A stretch of 64,000 bases of DNA from Bispira polyomma (Eukaryota), in NCBI GenBank assembly GCA_965649765.1, contig OZ287756.1, positions 38,998,001-39,062,000 on the forward strand, written 5' to 3'. Of the stretch, positions 50,157-62,258 are shown in pieces. A program made the position numbers and the translations under genes. The notes beneath the pieces were generated by a model. It made no database searches. It was given only the letters and a program-made list of their open reading frames with translations, and had not been told where the DNA came from. Each line of letters begins with the position of its first letter. Position 1 is the first letter of the stretch.

Positions 50157-50820
50157 ATGGCTTTTACCTTTGAAGGAGAAGGCCGAGGCAGGTGTGGACC
50201 AGGCCCTGGATACGTAGGGGACCACTGTTTGGATTCTACCACTGTTTGGATACACCTATTGCAGGAACTTGAGGCTGAGGACCCTGCCAGTTTTGGGAAT
50301 TTCACCAGGATTGATCCTGTCCTCCTCCAAGAACTGGTCCAACATCTGCAACCAAGACTACGAAAGAAAACGGTCAATTTTAGGGCTCCCCTAGAACCAG
50401 GTTAAATGGTGGCCATCACCCTGAGGTACCTGACTGGTTCGGACTACAGATCTCTGGCCTATGGTTTTCGTGTAGCACACAACACGGTGTCTGTGGTTAT
50501 CTGGGAAAGTTGCCATGCCATAGAGGCGGAATACCTCGATTAAGTTACACCTGCTCTGGACACACCCCAGGGTTGGACTGATATTGCAGAACTTTTCAAG
50601 AAAAGATGGAACTTTACCCATGGTCCAGAAGTAGCCACTCTGATCAACACGGTCTGCCGCATCTCGCACAACATTTGCAGAGTGAGGTATCCAAATTGTC
50701 AAAAAAGATATGGAGGAGATACTACTGGGTAACATGGTAAACAGAGAGGGCAAGGCTCAATGCGCCTTACTAAAGAGTACTAAAACAACCCAATAGGTGC
50801 TGTTTCCTGGCAGGACAGAC
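50157..50820 (+). pseudogene. PIF/Harbinger (HARBI1-like) transposase with the DDE core deleted
   Basis: LLQELEAEDPASFGNFTRIDP..LQPRLRKKTVNFRAPLEPG, VAITLRYL.GSDYRSLAYGFRVAHNTVS, W..IAELF...WNF and C-terminal GAVSWQD. TIR-like gtcagtcacactt at ~49800. Confidence 0.85.
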
Positions 50821-50850
50821 TTCCAAGTGTCCATTTGTGTAAAGCACAAC

Positions 50851-51011
50851 CAACTGGGTTCAAACCCAGGAGCAAATAACTAGTCATTTGACTTTCAAAA
50901 CTTTCAAATAAGCATTTATCTCAACCACCATCAACTGGATTTAAACCCAGGAGCAAAGAACCAGTCATTTGACTTTCAAAAGTTTCAAATGGACATTTGT
51001 CTTAACAACGA
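50851..51011. repeat. 81-bp tandem duplication
   Basis: caactgg.tt.aaacccaggagcaaa.aac.agtcatttgactttcaaaa at 50851 and 50932. Confidence 0.85.
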
Positions 51012-51017
51012 TTAACT

Positions 51018-51425
51018 GAAGAAGTGCAGAAAAGTGGAGGTCACCTGCAAAAAATAGAAGTGCAGGAAAGTGGAGGTCACCTGCAAAAAAAAGAAGTGCA
51101 GGAAAGTGGAGGTCACCTGCATAAAAAGAAATTGAAGGCATGTGGAGGTCACCTGCAAGGAGTACAGGAAAGTGGAGGTCACCTGCAAAAAAATGGAACG
51201 CATGTGGAGGTCACATACAAGAAAGGCTACAAAGAGAGTAGGAATCACCTTGCAAAAAAGAAGTGGAGGAATGTAGAGGTCCCCAACAAGAGAGGAGTAG
51301 AGGGATGTGGAGGTCACCCACAATGAAGGCATGGAGGAAAGTGGAGGTCACACACAAGAAATGGTATAAAGAGAGTAGAGGTCACCCACAAAAAGGAGTG
51401 GAGGAATGTACAGGTCACGCACAGT
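51018..51425. repeat. Minisatellite, ~30-40-bp units with a gtggaggtcacctgc core, about 11 copies
   Basis: Repeated (g)aaagtggaggtcacctgcaaaaaa; units become more diverged to the right. Confidence 0.9.
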
Positions 51426-51985
51426 ACAATGGAGAAATGTAATTTTAAAAATTTATGTAATAATGTTTAATTTAATTTTATATTTTATTTTATTTGATAA
51501 TGTTAGAAGTACTGAAAAGGTCCCCACCCCGGAAGCAGGAGGAGATAAAGTAGGACTGTGAAGATCATATGTTCAGAAGTGCTCATGTAGATCTAAAATA
51601 TAAGGTATATAAACATACTGTATGCCATTATATTGTGCAATGTTTTGGGATCTGAGGAGCAAAGACACAGTAAAGTTCTATACCACATAGCGTAAATGTT
51701 TACAAAAACTATTTAATGTGTCAAATATGACAGATTCAAGATTCATCCACATACTATGTGACGACATTCCTGTAGAATTTCTGTTATTTAAAGATGTAAT
51801 AAATTTTGTGGGAAAATATGTGAAAGTGATAACCTTTATGCCGAGTTGTGTGTTAAACTCATTAAAAGAGGTAGTAATTCTAACCTGAATAGGAGGGTAA
51901 GCTACATTGCCATTGTTACATATGTGCCCAAAATTTTCTCATGTCACTAAATCAGTTTGGAAATCTAAAACAATCTTATGTTCAG

Positions 51986-52092
51986 GGGCCGTATTCACGA
52001 AGGGACTTAGCCAGGTCTTAGGCTTAAATCAGTATACTTTTGTGCTAGATTTAAGCCTAAGACCTGGCTAAGTCCTTTCGTGAATACGGGCC
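51986..52092. mobile_element. 107-bp hairpin MITE (Harbinger-type, CWG target)
   Basis: 45-bp inverted arms (43/45 match) around a 17-bp loop. CAG TSD at 51983-51985 and 52093-52095. Confidence 0.88.
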
Positions 52093-52639
52093 CAGGGATT
52101 CAACTCAGACATAGAGTTCATGACAGTAGGTAATATAAAAGATCTGTTCTATTTGTGTGACACAAAAGATTATAAGTTTAGCTTGTGCGAAATTAATGAC
52201 ATCTTAAGATTCCTGTGTACTGATGAACTTTTTAATTTCAGTTTTCTCCTCTGCAGCTGTGTTCTTTAATATGTCTGTGCTTCAACGAATTTAAAATAAA
52301 TAATAAAGTAAAAATAGGTAAACACCTCATATAACTCTCATTTAATGCTCTCAGTATGAATTTTTTTAATTTACAACAAATGATATTATTGAAGACATCC
52401 TTTTGAGATGCTAGAAATGAACCATCATTTTATAAAGTAGTAAGTTTTGTACCCCAGAATGAATTATATGACCTTTAATTTGAGTCTATGGCAGTTTTGA
52501 GCCTTTATTTATGAAAATTTTCACTTCATTTAAGAGTTATTAAACTTAATAGTGGTGTCCCCAATTCGTAATAGTAACATTTCCAGTTTATAATTCAAAA
52601 TAAAATATAAGTTCAAAGTTTTGAGTATTTAAAGAATGA

Positions 52640-55600
52640 CTTAAATTATATGTGGGTTGGATAAAAGCCAAGTCATGATAAAAGTCCAAAGTGAAATTAT
52701 GCAGTATACATACTCATAGACAAATGAAAAGACAATTATAACAGCATTGTGATTTTATTTTAATATACCTCTATATGATTAGTTGTGTTAACTGTACAAC
52801 CACACTACTAATTATTAATTTATGTTAATAAAATTTATTTTATTTACAAAGTCCCAAGCCCAACCTAGGAAGTAATAATATATTGTTGAAAAGCTTTGGG
52901 TACAACGGCAGCAGCCATTGGTGTAGTCTGTAGATATTGCCACACACCGTCACTTTGCCACCCCAATGAGTTTTAATGTTTTGTATTTGTACATTGTGAT
53001 TAAATACAAAAGAAGATATTTGTATTATCTGTACTTGTGAAGCACCTTGCATTGCCTTATGCCACTTCAATATCAAATGGGCCCATGGTGCAGCAAACAA
53101 AACATCAACCACAGTAAAATGACGTGTATTATGAAATGCATACATAGAATTGGGGACCATATTAGAGAGACAAAAGAAGCCATAAAAGGCCACAAGGAAG
53201 ATAGCTCTGTATACTGCTCCATTTTCAATACTGTCACATGCTTTTGAAATATTTAAAATATTCTGCACAGAGAAAATCCCTTTCAATTTTGGAGTGTAAG
53301 GAGCGTTATTGGCCACTGATTTGATAAATAGATCAATCTTTCTGTGCCTCAAGTGGTACAAAGGTAAACTGTATAGTTGTGCATAGTGTTTTAGCACTGA
53401 AATATAATTATTTAAGGAAGGTGCACGAGTGCCTTGTGCCACCAGATATTCCAAAAACAACTATTGAATCAACCTCATGTATGGAAACCCCAAAGTGCAA
53501 TGAAAATGCCAAAAATAATGAAAATTTGCCTTGATACGCCGCGTCAGTGGCAGGTCTAAGTCCAGTATGAACCCTATCAAATGCTTTGTCCAAAAGGCTA
53601 TTTACCAGGGGTTGACTTACAAATATAAAGGTTTTGTCAGATCTCAAAATCTGGTTGAAACAGGTGATCCCCCACGGGCCACCATACATGTGAAATCAAT
53701 TCTTCCACTACATTATTATTTACTTTTGGTGAGAACCATCTTGAAAGACAATCTGCATATTTGTTGTTCACCCCATATATATGTTCATAATGTACTGATA
53801 TGTCATATTTAGAAGTTATAGCCCAAATGGTTCTAGCGCATGCTAAAATGTAAGGGTCATGGATTTTACTGTTGACCAAAGAGTGGACCACTGCAATGTT
53901 GTCACACCAGATTTTAACAGCCGTGTGCTGCTATAATTCATCCCAAACAGAAAGTGCAATAACAATGTTGATAATTTCAAGGTGAACTATGGTTAAGCCT
54001 TGTGCTTTGGTTAAAGGATATGCAGCCGCATAAACATTCTTATTCCAAATAGCCCCCACACCAGAAAGAGATGCATCGACATATACTTCTACCTGTGGCT
54101 TGATATGATTGAACACCACTTTCCCTTTAAAATCGGCTAGAAAGGTGTTAAACCACTTCAAGTCCTTGAAAAAACTCGTGCTGGGTGAACACATTTATGT
54201 ACATAGATTAATCTACCAATCAAGCTTTGCAATTGCCTGCGTGTAGCTTGCTTTGTTGAACTCCATATCTTACATTCAAGTTTAATTTCTTGTAACTTTT
54301 GTGGAGGTATAGATATAATGCCTGTTAGTACATTAATATTGATGCCCATACATACCAGTTCGTGAGAGGGTGGATCAAGTTCGTCTGGATTCAGTAGAAG
54401 ACCTAAATAAGCAAACAAAGCTCTGAGAGTGTGCGTCACATGACGTCTGGACGCCTATGACGTCGTCGATGTAGTTGCAAATGTTGTAGCCGTGTGACAT
54501 CATTGCGTCGCGCACAATGTCTGTCACATGCTGGCAAAGAGCACTTCCGGTTCTAAGGCCAAACACCACACTTAAATCAATATATGTTTTATTTCTGTGA
54601 GATATACCCATGACATCATAGTCTTTGGGATTATTCCGGAGATTATGAAATGCCCTACTGACATCAGTCTTATATAACAATGTAGTACTGCCAATGGTGG
54701 CAATTTTCTGAACAATGTCTTCTACTGTGGGGTATTTAAGTATATACTCTTGATTGTCATATATGTCATTTGGAATGGCCTCATTTACAGAACGTGTCTT
54801 TGGCCGACTAAGGTCCACTATTTTTCGCCTCGAGGCATTAGGTTTTGGTCTTGATAGCAATGGAGACAAGTGTAATTTATCTATACATTTGTTGTCACAT
54901 GGACCCACCATGGATTTATGTCTGAGTTCTTTATCTAGATAAATATCTATGTCTTTTGGGAACATTTTTGCTGATGAATGATTCTCCAAATGTGTATTAT
55001 AAACAAAGGTGTTTTTGTTTATGTCTAGAGGGGACCCGAATTTCACTAAAATGCACAAACATCCAGCCAAGGTGACCTTTCATGATTGTTTTCCAATTAT
55101 TTATATTCAAGTCTGAGGGTACCTAAATCCTAGCTCCAATATAATTTGGAATACCTGTGTGAACAACTTGTATATGTACTATGGCTAACCAGTCTAAGAT
55201 ATTTTCTGCAGTAACAATAGATCCTTTTGATTCACCAAGTACACGTGGTATGGGTTGTGAAGTAAACCCCACCTGTTTTTGTTATAAGTGCTTTCTGTCA
55301 CTGTACTGAAATATATTGGGGTCAAGTACACCTTGAACATGTTTCATGTTATTACAAGTGCTGGAGCACGTGAAAGTGCATTGTGTATTAGGACAAGGCC
55401 TAGTATGATGTATGTCATGATGTGCTTGAGAGCAGATTGGTTTGTCTGCATGTTTCTGTACCAGACACACGTGGCTATCATGAGTGATTTCTGTGGCAGA
55501 TATGTCTCACCCAGAAAATTCCTTTGCCCCACATGTGAGCGAAAAGTGAGTAAACCTTGTTCACCCATGGAGGTGTCCCCGTCTGAAAGAGAGGAATTGG

Positions 55601-57790
55601 GCCACACATTGTGTGCGTAATATATATCAATATTTGAATTTTCTGAATGACTACTTAGCCCTTGGCTGTTAAAAGTTTTATCCTTATACATTTCTAAATT
55701 TTCCAGCTTTGAGTGGAAATTTCAGTAACTTTACTAAAACCTTGACTGAAAGTATTTAGAGCTTTAGTACTAACTGGGCGTTCTTGTGAAAAGTGTGGAG
55801 CTTGCAAATCTGCACTTTCATCCCAGATACCCCCAGTACCCATGTACTCGCCTGCCTCATAACTATTGATGGAAACGCTACTATGGGCTTTGGCCTTAAT
55901 ACTACATACTACATAACTGTCACCCGTTTGCACGTGTGATACACACATATAATTACATTTACTATTTTCCTTCAAGCCTGTGCTTAAAGGTAGATCACAG
56001 AAACTATCAAAGTAAGTGTTTCTACTATTACAATGTACAAGGTTAACATTATTCTGGAAACATGCATGACTGTTATCAAGGTTTCTAATACTACTGACAT
56101 CAAAACTATGTTCCATGTCCTCATGAACCGAGCACTGAAATTTGCATTTATAGCTTAGATTCTCATCAAAACGACTATGACAGGGGGTGTTACTGTCCTC
56201 ATAATAATATAATTGACTGTCTTGCATACTACAATATTTCTGTACATACTGTCCACATGATTGACCAGAGGGGGTGGTACTGTCCCCAGACTCGTACCAA
56301 CTGTGTTCAGTAACATGAGAACATGGGTTAATACTAGATAATTCATACTCTTGCATGAACATTTCACTGGTAACAATAAAATTACTGATTCTATTAGTGA
56401 ACTATTTGAATTTTAATTTTCTATCTGGTCTTTTTACACACGAGGTGTATCTTTTAGCACCCAGTTTTTTGCTATTTTGTTACATTCAAATTGTCTATGA
56501 GCATGAAATCTTGAGTATGACAGTACAAACATGCATGTTTTGCGCAATTACTTCCCTCTGAGTGATCAGACTGATGAATACACGTATTGTTATTGTACTT
56601 TGTGCAAATAACCTTTTCTTTTGATTACTAGAGCTATACTTTCCCCACTGCTGATTACCATTTGTTTGGAATGTGCGCTGAGTGCATCTCATTCTGATCT
56701 TATCAATTTGTTCAAATTTACCCCAGTCACATTTTTTCCTCTCAATGGTTTGAAGAACCACGCTATGTGCTCTCTTTACCCAATTCGTTTCGACAGTATC
56801 TTGCATGATAAGCTTAAGATATTCTAGCATATTGTCCCTATTTTCCTGGGTACTTTCCTCTTGTAAGCAATGCACAGAACCATAGACAAACTGGAAGGGG
56901 CTAAGCTCCTCATAGTTCGGGTTTTTACCACCAGAGTCAGAATAACAGAATTCATGTGGTCATGCCACTTATACATCAACCTTTTTCTTAGTCTCATTGA
57001 CACAAATCAGACCAGACTTAAAATTTTATTTACTTGATTCTCGGGTCTTTCCCTGAAGCTTTAGCAGTTGTTTCTGCACCTGAGCCTGCAGCTGGTCATT
57101 GTCCCTCAAGTACTGCATGTCTGGAAGAATACTATCTGCTTCATCGTCAGACGTTTGCAGCCGCTTGTTCACCCGTTTACCAGTTATTTTCTTCTAATGT
57201 TTGTATTTTGCTCAAAATTAGAGCCAAGGCATCATCCTGCCAGCACTGGTCTTCTCAGGTGGCGTCGGAACTCCCCTAACAGCTCCCAGCAAGGATTCTT
57301 CTGACACTTGTTCAAGGTGGTCGAGTTCACGGTTAGGAGCAGATACATTCAGAATGCAGTTTCTCCCTACAGGTCTTACATGGTGGGCAGGTTTCCCTAG
57401 TAAATCACACCTTCTACAGTGGAACTTCGACATTTCTGTAATAAAGTAGATAACTTCTCCCTCACAGCAGAACCTGGCTTGTCAAGAATAAAATATCAAG
57501 AGTTGTCAAACTTTGTAAAATTTTGACTTGATATTAAATCAGTATTAAACGAGCTCGTTTTTGTGACCCCAACAAGCCGCTCCCTGCTGTAAAAAAGATG
57601 TTTCTCTTAGCTTTGTAAGCTCCACACTGACAATATACTGTGTTGAAACTTGCAAAGAAAACTTTTACAAAACTACTTTGTTGTCACTAATTGAACAGTT
57701 TTATTACACCCCCCCCCCCGCCCCCCTTAATAAAAAACACTCTTCCCCCAGACAGAGACAACCTCCACACGCCCACGCCACCCGCACACA
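52640..57790 (-). mobile_element. Near full-length but frameshifted Ngaro/PAT-like YR retrotransposon (gag-like, RT/RNase H, YR; no methyltransferase seen)
   Basis: ORF1 pieces at 57218-57433 and 56495-56875. RT SPLLSRPK, DVSRAF, FGLRTG and NYIDD. RNase H YVDASLSGVG, IVHLE, CDN and HIYGVNNKYADCLSR. YR AIFLVAFYGFFCLSNMVP and LILKWHKAMQ. Confidence 0.9.
52840..53620 (-). pseudogene. Tyrosine recombinase of the Ngaro-like element; catalytic Arg changed to Cys and internal deletion
   Basis: GLRPATDAAY..KF.LFLAF, MFLEYL..SLNNYISVLK and GFF(C)LSN. The region carrying the HxxR motif is missing between IIQI and SSFVFNHNV. Confidence 0.8.
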
Positions 57791-59104
57791 GTTGTGGTTA
57801 CTAGGCCAAGTACATTTAATTTTGTGATTCAACTGACAAATGGTCACGACCCTATACATAAAATGTAGAGTTTGTAACAGTGATTAATATTGAATCCTCA
57901 ATATCATATAAACTTTCTGAATTGTAAACAGGCACCACATATTATATGTTTACATCATCTATAAGATTGGAGATTACATTGAGATGTTCTAAATTTCTTT
58001 GACAATAAATTTAAGTTCAACGGCCGAGTGATCACTCCTATAGCTATACCTATAATATGCAGTTATGAATCAGATCATTTTAGTTCTTATACACGATAGG
58101 CATCTTACAAGTTGTTGAATCTTTCAGAATCATCCTTGATTTTGGATTATTGATGCTAACATAGTTATAGCAGTCCATAAATGAGTTCAACATGGAAGTT
58201 CATTCTTAGTTAGATCTTTACAAATGAAAACATAAGTTTCATTACATTCAGCAGAACAAAAAAAAAACAAAAAAAAAAAACATGGATTGTTCTTGTTAGG
58301 AGCATATACATTAATGATTCTAATGCCTCTGTCCCACTGGATTTAGTTTAGATATCTAAGTCACGCTGGCTCTGTCAAATCTTTAATGTCAAAGCCGATG
58401 CTAAAGGTGATGTTATTTTTTTCATGTAAAAGGTGTAAACCTACACACAAATTGATGTACTTTTAAGTTAATATATGCAAGAAGTCAGAGGTGATAGCAC
58501 TATTGAAGCAAGTTTACACATAAAATGACATGTAATTGTACGTCAAGACACATAAAAAGACACACTGTTTGATATTTAAAGCCATAATAATATGTTGAAG
58601 CACATTGTACGCTTTGTTACTCTACGTTATCATACATAAGCTGTCCTAAAGCTATCTAAACTAATATTATTATAATTGATTGAACGTTTGATGTCTTGTT
58701 ACGGTAAAGTACATGTATTACGCTTACAGTCGTTTGTGTTCGTCAGGAGACATCTTCAAATTTGATCTACGTAAGTGCATGTTTCATTTCACGTTGCCTT
58801 CTGCGCAAACAACTTCGTAAATATTTGGAGACGTTAGTGAAGCATGTCATTCACATGGCATTTTCTTGCTGCTGTGTAACCTCCTCTTGCTGTACCTTTT
58901 GAACAGCACCCCTTCCTCTTCCTGTATTCCTTCTTCTACCCCGAAACCTTATGGCAACCAATGGGAGCTTGTGTAACATCTTTGTACGATGTAGGCAAGT
59001 TTGCAAGAACTTGCATGAATTGACATAAACAACAAGGTACAGAGAGCGAGAGAATATATTTATTTAAGATCCACCTGCACTAATGACATCACATTACAAT
59101 AATA

Positions 59105-62100
59105 AAAATTTGAATTTGAAATAAAAATTTTATTAGAAATACCATTTCTTAATATAGTTATATGTTGGAGCCATCCAACCCATTGGCCAACGCAGACATG
59201 CGAATTTTAGGGTATATCACTACCTTAACCAGACAATGGGTATATACAGTAGTCCACCCTTTAGCCAAAAGGGTCACATGAACACTTGTTCACTTCATTA
59301 TTTTTGTTGTAAAAGAATTACATGCGGGATCGGCGGGAGAGACTCCAAGTATTAGTATTTCTAATAAAAATTTAAATTAAAAATGAAATTTTTTAATTTT
59401 ATTGCAAAATACTACTACCATTTCCTAATATAGCTGAATCCAGCCTAATTGGATGGAGGGAATTCTTTTACTGAGAACCCCTACCACCTTAACAGCAGTG
59501 TACATAGTGAATAGACAAACCCATTACACAACCACACCAGCAAGCTTAGTTAATATTGACTTTTAAGCCAACTGAAGTCCTTGAGATAAAAGTTGGTGAA
59601 AGTATTTGTGGAATTTCCAATAGAAAGCATTAGAAAAATCACTTAAGGAAATTTCCCCGTTAAAGGCCAAAGAAGCAGCTATAGATCAAATCATGAGCTT
59701 TCACTTGACCAACTTGATGTGTCTCACTGTCTGACTTTTCATACGCCAATAAGACAGTTTGTTTAAAAAAACTTTTTTAGAAAAGCCTTTGTTATGACCT
59801 TGCTTAATAGCTACCAACAAGAGTTTTGTTGTTGCTTGAGATGCTTGGTTCTATCTAGATATAATTTAAAAGCTCTCACAGGCAAAGTGACCTATCATCA
59901 AGAAAATTTCTGTGTAACTGAGTTTTCAAAAAAAGGAATGACCACTTGTTCTATAACATTTGGACCATCAGAGCCAATTAGTTATTTAGTAAAAGAAACT
60001 GGTGATGGAAAAGTATCCTCAGACCAAATTCTCCGTATAAATTTAAGGAATTATGAGTCCAAGAATGAATCTCACTTGTTCTTTTGCCATAAACCAAGGC
60101 CAAAAGAAAATCGGTCTTGTAAAGCACAATCTTGAGAGATGCCTTAAACAAAGATTCAAAAGGAACCCTTGTAAGTAAAAGACGTATCAGAAACAAAAAC
60201 CCCAAATAATTATGGCTCGATTTTGTACTGGCCTATCCTTAAAGAAAACTGGCAATAAGTTATTCAAGTCTAGACTCTTAAACACAGTTTCCCCTGTGCT
60301 AGGAAGATCATATGAATTATATCCTGCTAAAGTAGATGGTTTCAAGACTTTCTCCCTAAACAAAATATTCAGGAAAAATTGCTTCATCTGAAATAAGGAT
60401 ATTTTAAATGTCCACCTTACTCTGTTCACAACATTGTAAAAAATGGACCACCTTGACTCATAAAACTTTTTGGAGGAAAGCCTGTGAGATGTGTTAATCC
60501 TTTTAGCGACTTGTCTGAAAATCTGTGTAAATGTTCAAGTGTAGGTGTCAAACATAAAGATTCAGATATTCCAGATTATTGTGAAATCTGTAGCTGAACG
60601 ATTGTATCAACAGATTCCACAATAATAGAAGCCTCATTAGTGGTTTTGTGGACAACTGTATAAGGCCCCGAAAACCAATGGCCTCCCTGGCTACCCTGGT
60701 GCAATGAAGATCACCCTGCTTCTATAAGGTAAGATCTCTTGCACCACCCGAGGTATGTGGAACAACAAAGGTCAGTGGAACAACAACATAAGCATGCAAA
60801 ACCTCCCAAAAAAGTTCAACTCATCTATATTCAAGCTTGATTGTCCAAGATAGAAGATACAGAAAGTGGCAGCTAGAAATTATGATTTGTTGCAAACAAA
60901 TCGACCACAGGTTGATATCAAATGTGACTAATCATATAACCTGAGTATTCAGAAACCATTTTGTCTTAATCAACCTGTCTGTTTTAGATAGAGCCTCTGC
61001 CAAAACATTCAAATTCTCTGGAATATGCTTGACTGCTATCTAGATAACAGTGGCATTCGTTCATGCCAAAATCCTCCACACAAGAACACACATTTCCACG
61101 GAATGTTTATATGTTTATATTTGTTTCCATCTGATTCCACAGATCACTTGCTGTATGATGATTCAGAAGAGCACCCCAGCCCTTCTTTGACGCATCTGTA
61201 AAGAGAAAAAGTCTGAACTCCTTCTGATGGAGTGGAACCCTTCAACAAATTTTGAAGATTTGTCCACTATTCTAAATGTAACCTTATGATCTGACTTAGA
61301 GGAATTGGAATATCCAGTGACTGAGGAAATTTCCAATTCATCTTGAGATACCACTGGTAGGGCCCATATGCAGACGACCCTGTGGTATGGTCTTCTCCAT
61401 TGAAGCCATGCTCCCAGTGAAAGGCATAAGCTTCCTTGGAGTTGTCATTTGTACCTTCAACATGGAAATGATCTTTTCCTGTAACAAATCAATCTCTTTC
61501 TGGGTCGGAAAGACTAGGTTGTCTTTTAAGTCGAACCGATAGCCTAGGAAGTCGGTCTTTTGGGATGGTGTAAAATCTGATTATTTGAAATGTATAACCC
61601 ATCCTATCTTTTGCACCAGATCTACTAGCTGTTGTATATCGAGCTGGCATTGAATTCTTATTTTGGATCTTAACAGCCAATCATCTAAGTACTGGTTAAA
61701 TCCTCAACCCTGAAGCAGATCCATGAGTTTCACCTCTTTTGCTACCCTTGTGAATTGTAATGGCTGTAGCACTTCCAAATAGTAGTGGAAAAAACTGGTA
61801 AAACCTTTCGCCTGCATTGAACTAAATATTTCTTTGGTGCCATGGATGTATAGGCAAATGCGTCTATAAGGTCGAGAAAAGGTAGCCCTGCTGCGACGAA
61901 ATCCGAATTGTTTCCGCCATTTCCATTTAGCAAGTTGGAAGACATAAAAACTGGTTTACCTGGCTTTAAATTTTGCACTGGTCATGCATTTCCTGGTAGA
62001 TTTTGTAACCAAACAGCTTCTGTGAATCATCCTCATCGACATCTTGGAACACAACTTCTGGAAAAAATGTCCTTCTACTTACAGAAAAACACATATTTGC

Positions 62101-62200
62101 TGTCAGACATTGAAGTTTCCATCAAAGTGATTATCCCTTTGCTCAAAGAACTATTGATAAAAACCAGTAATTGAATACAGTCATCATACCTTCAGAACAC
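59105..62200 (-). mobile_element. Degenerate DIRS1-like retrotransposon with terminal repeat/ICR, YR, methyltransferase-like region, RNase H and RT
   Basis: LDLIDAFAY (RT); TDASKGWGA-like and HIPENLNVLAEALS (RNase H); VDLFATN (MT); KTDFLLAL..GKRTSEIHSW, VKAHD and NTFTNFYLKD (YR). Nested inverted and direct repeats at 59105-59460. Confidence 0.85.
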
Positions 62201-62258
62201 TGTCTTCTGACTCCACTGACTTAAGCTTAAGCCTATTATTGTAAATGTCAGCAATCAA

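Noticed and set aside
51012-51332. Repetitive ORFs on both strands (QESGGHL / QVTST)
   Set aside because: Explained by minisatellite units whose lengths are multiples of 3.
52851-52861. gtcccaagccc resembling part of a twister ribozyme
   Set aside because: The other conserved twister segments are absent. It corresponds to the tt(t/g)ggcttggg motif also seen after the YR ORF at ~2234.
55282-56376. Cys/His/Ser-rich ORFs as possible captured cargo genes
   Set aside because: They lie between gag and RT on the element strand with no domain signature; most simply a frameshifted, low-constraint N-terminal extension of pol.
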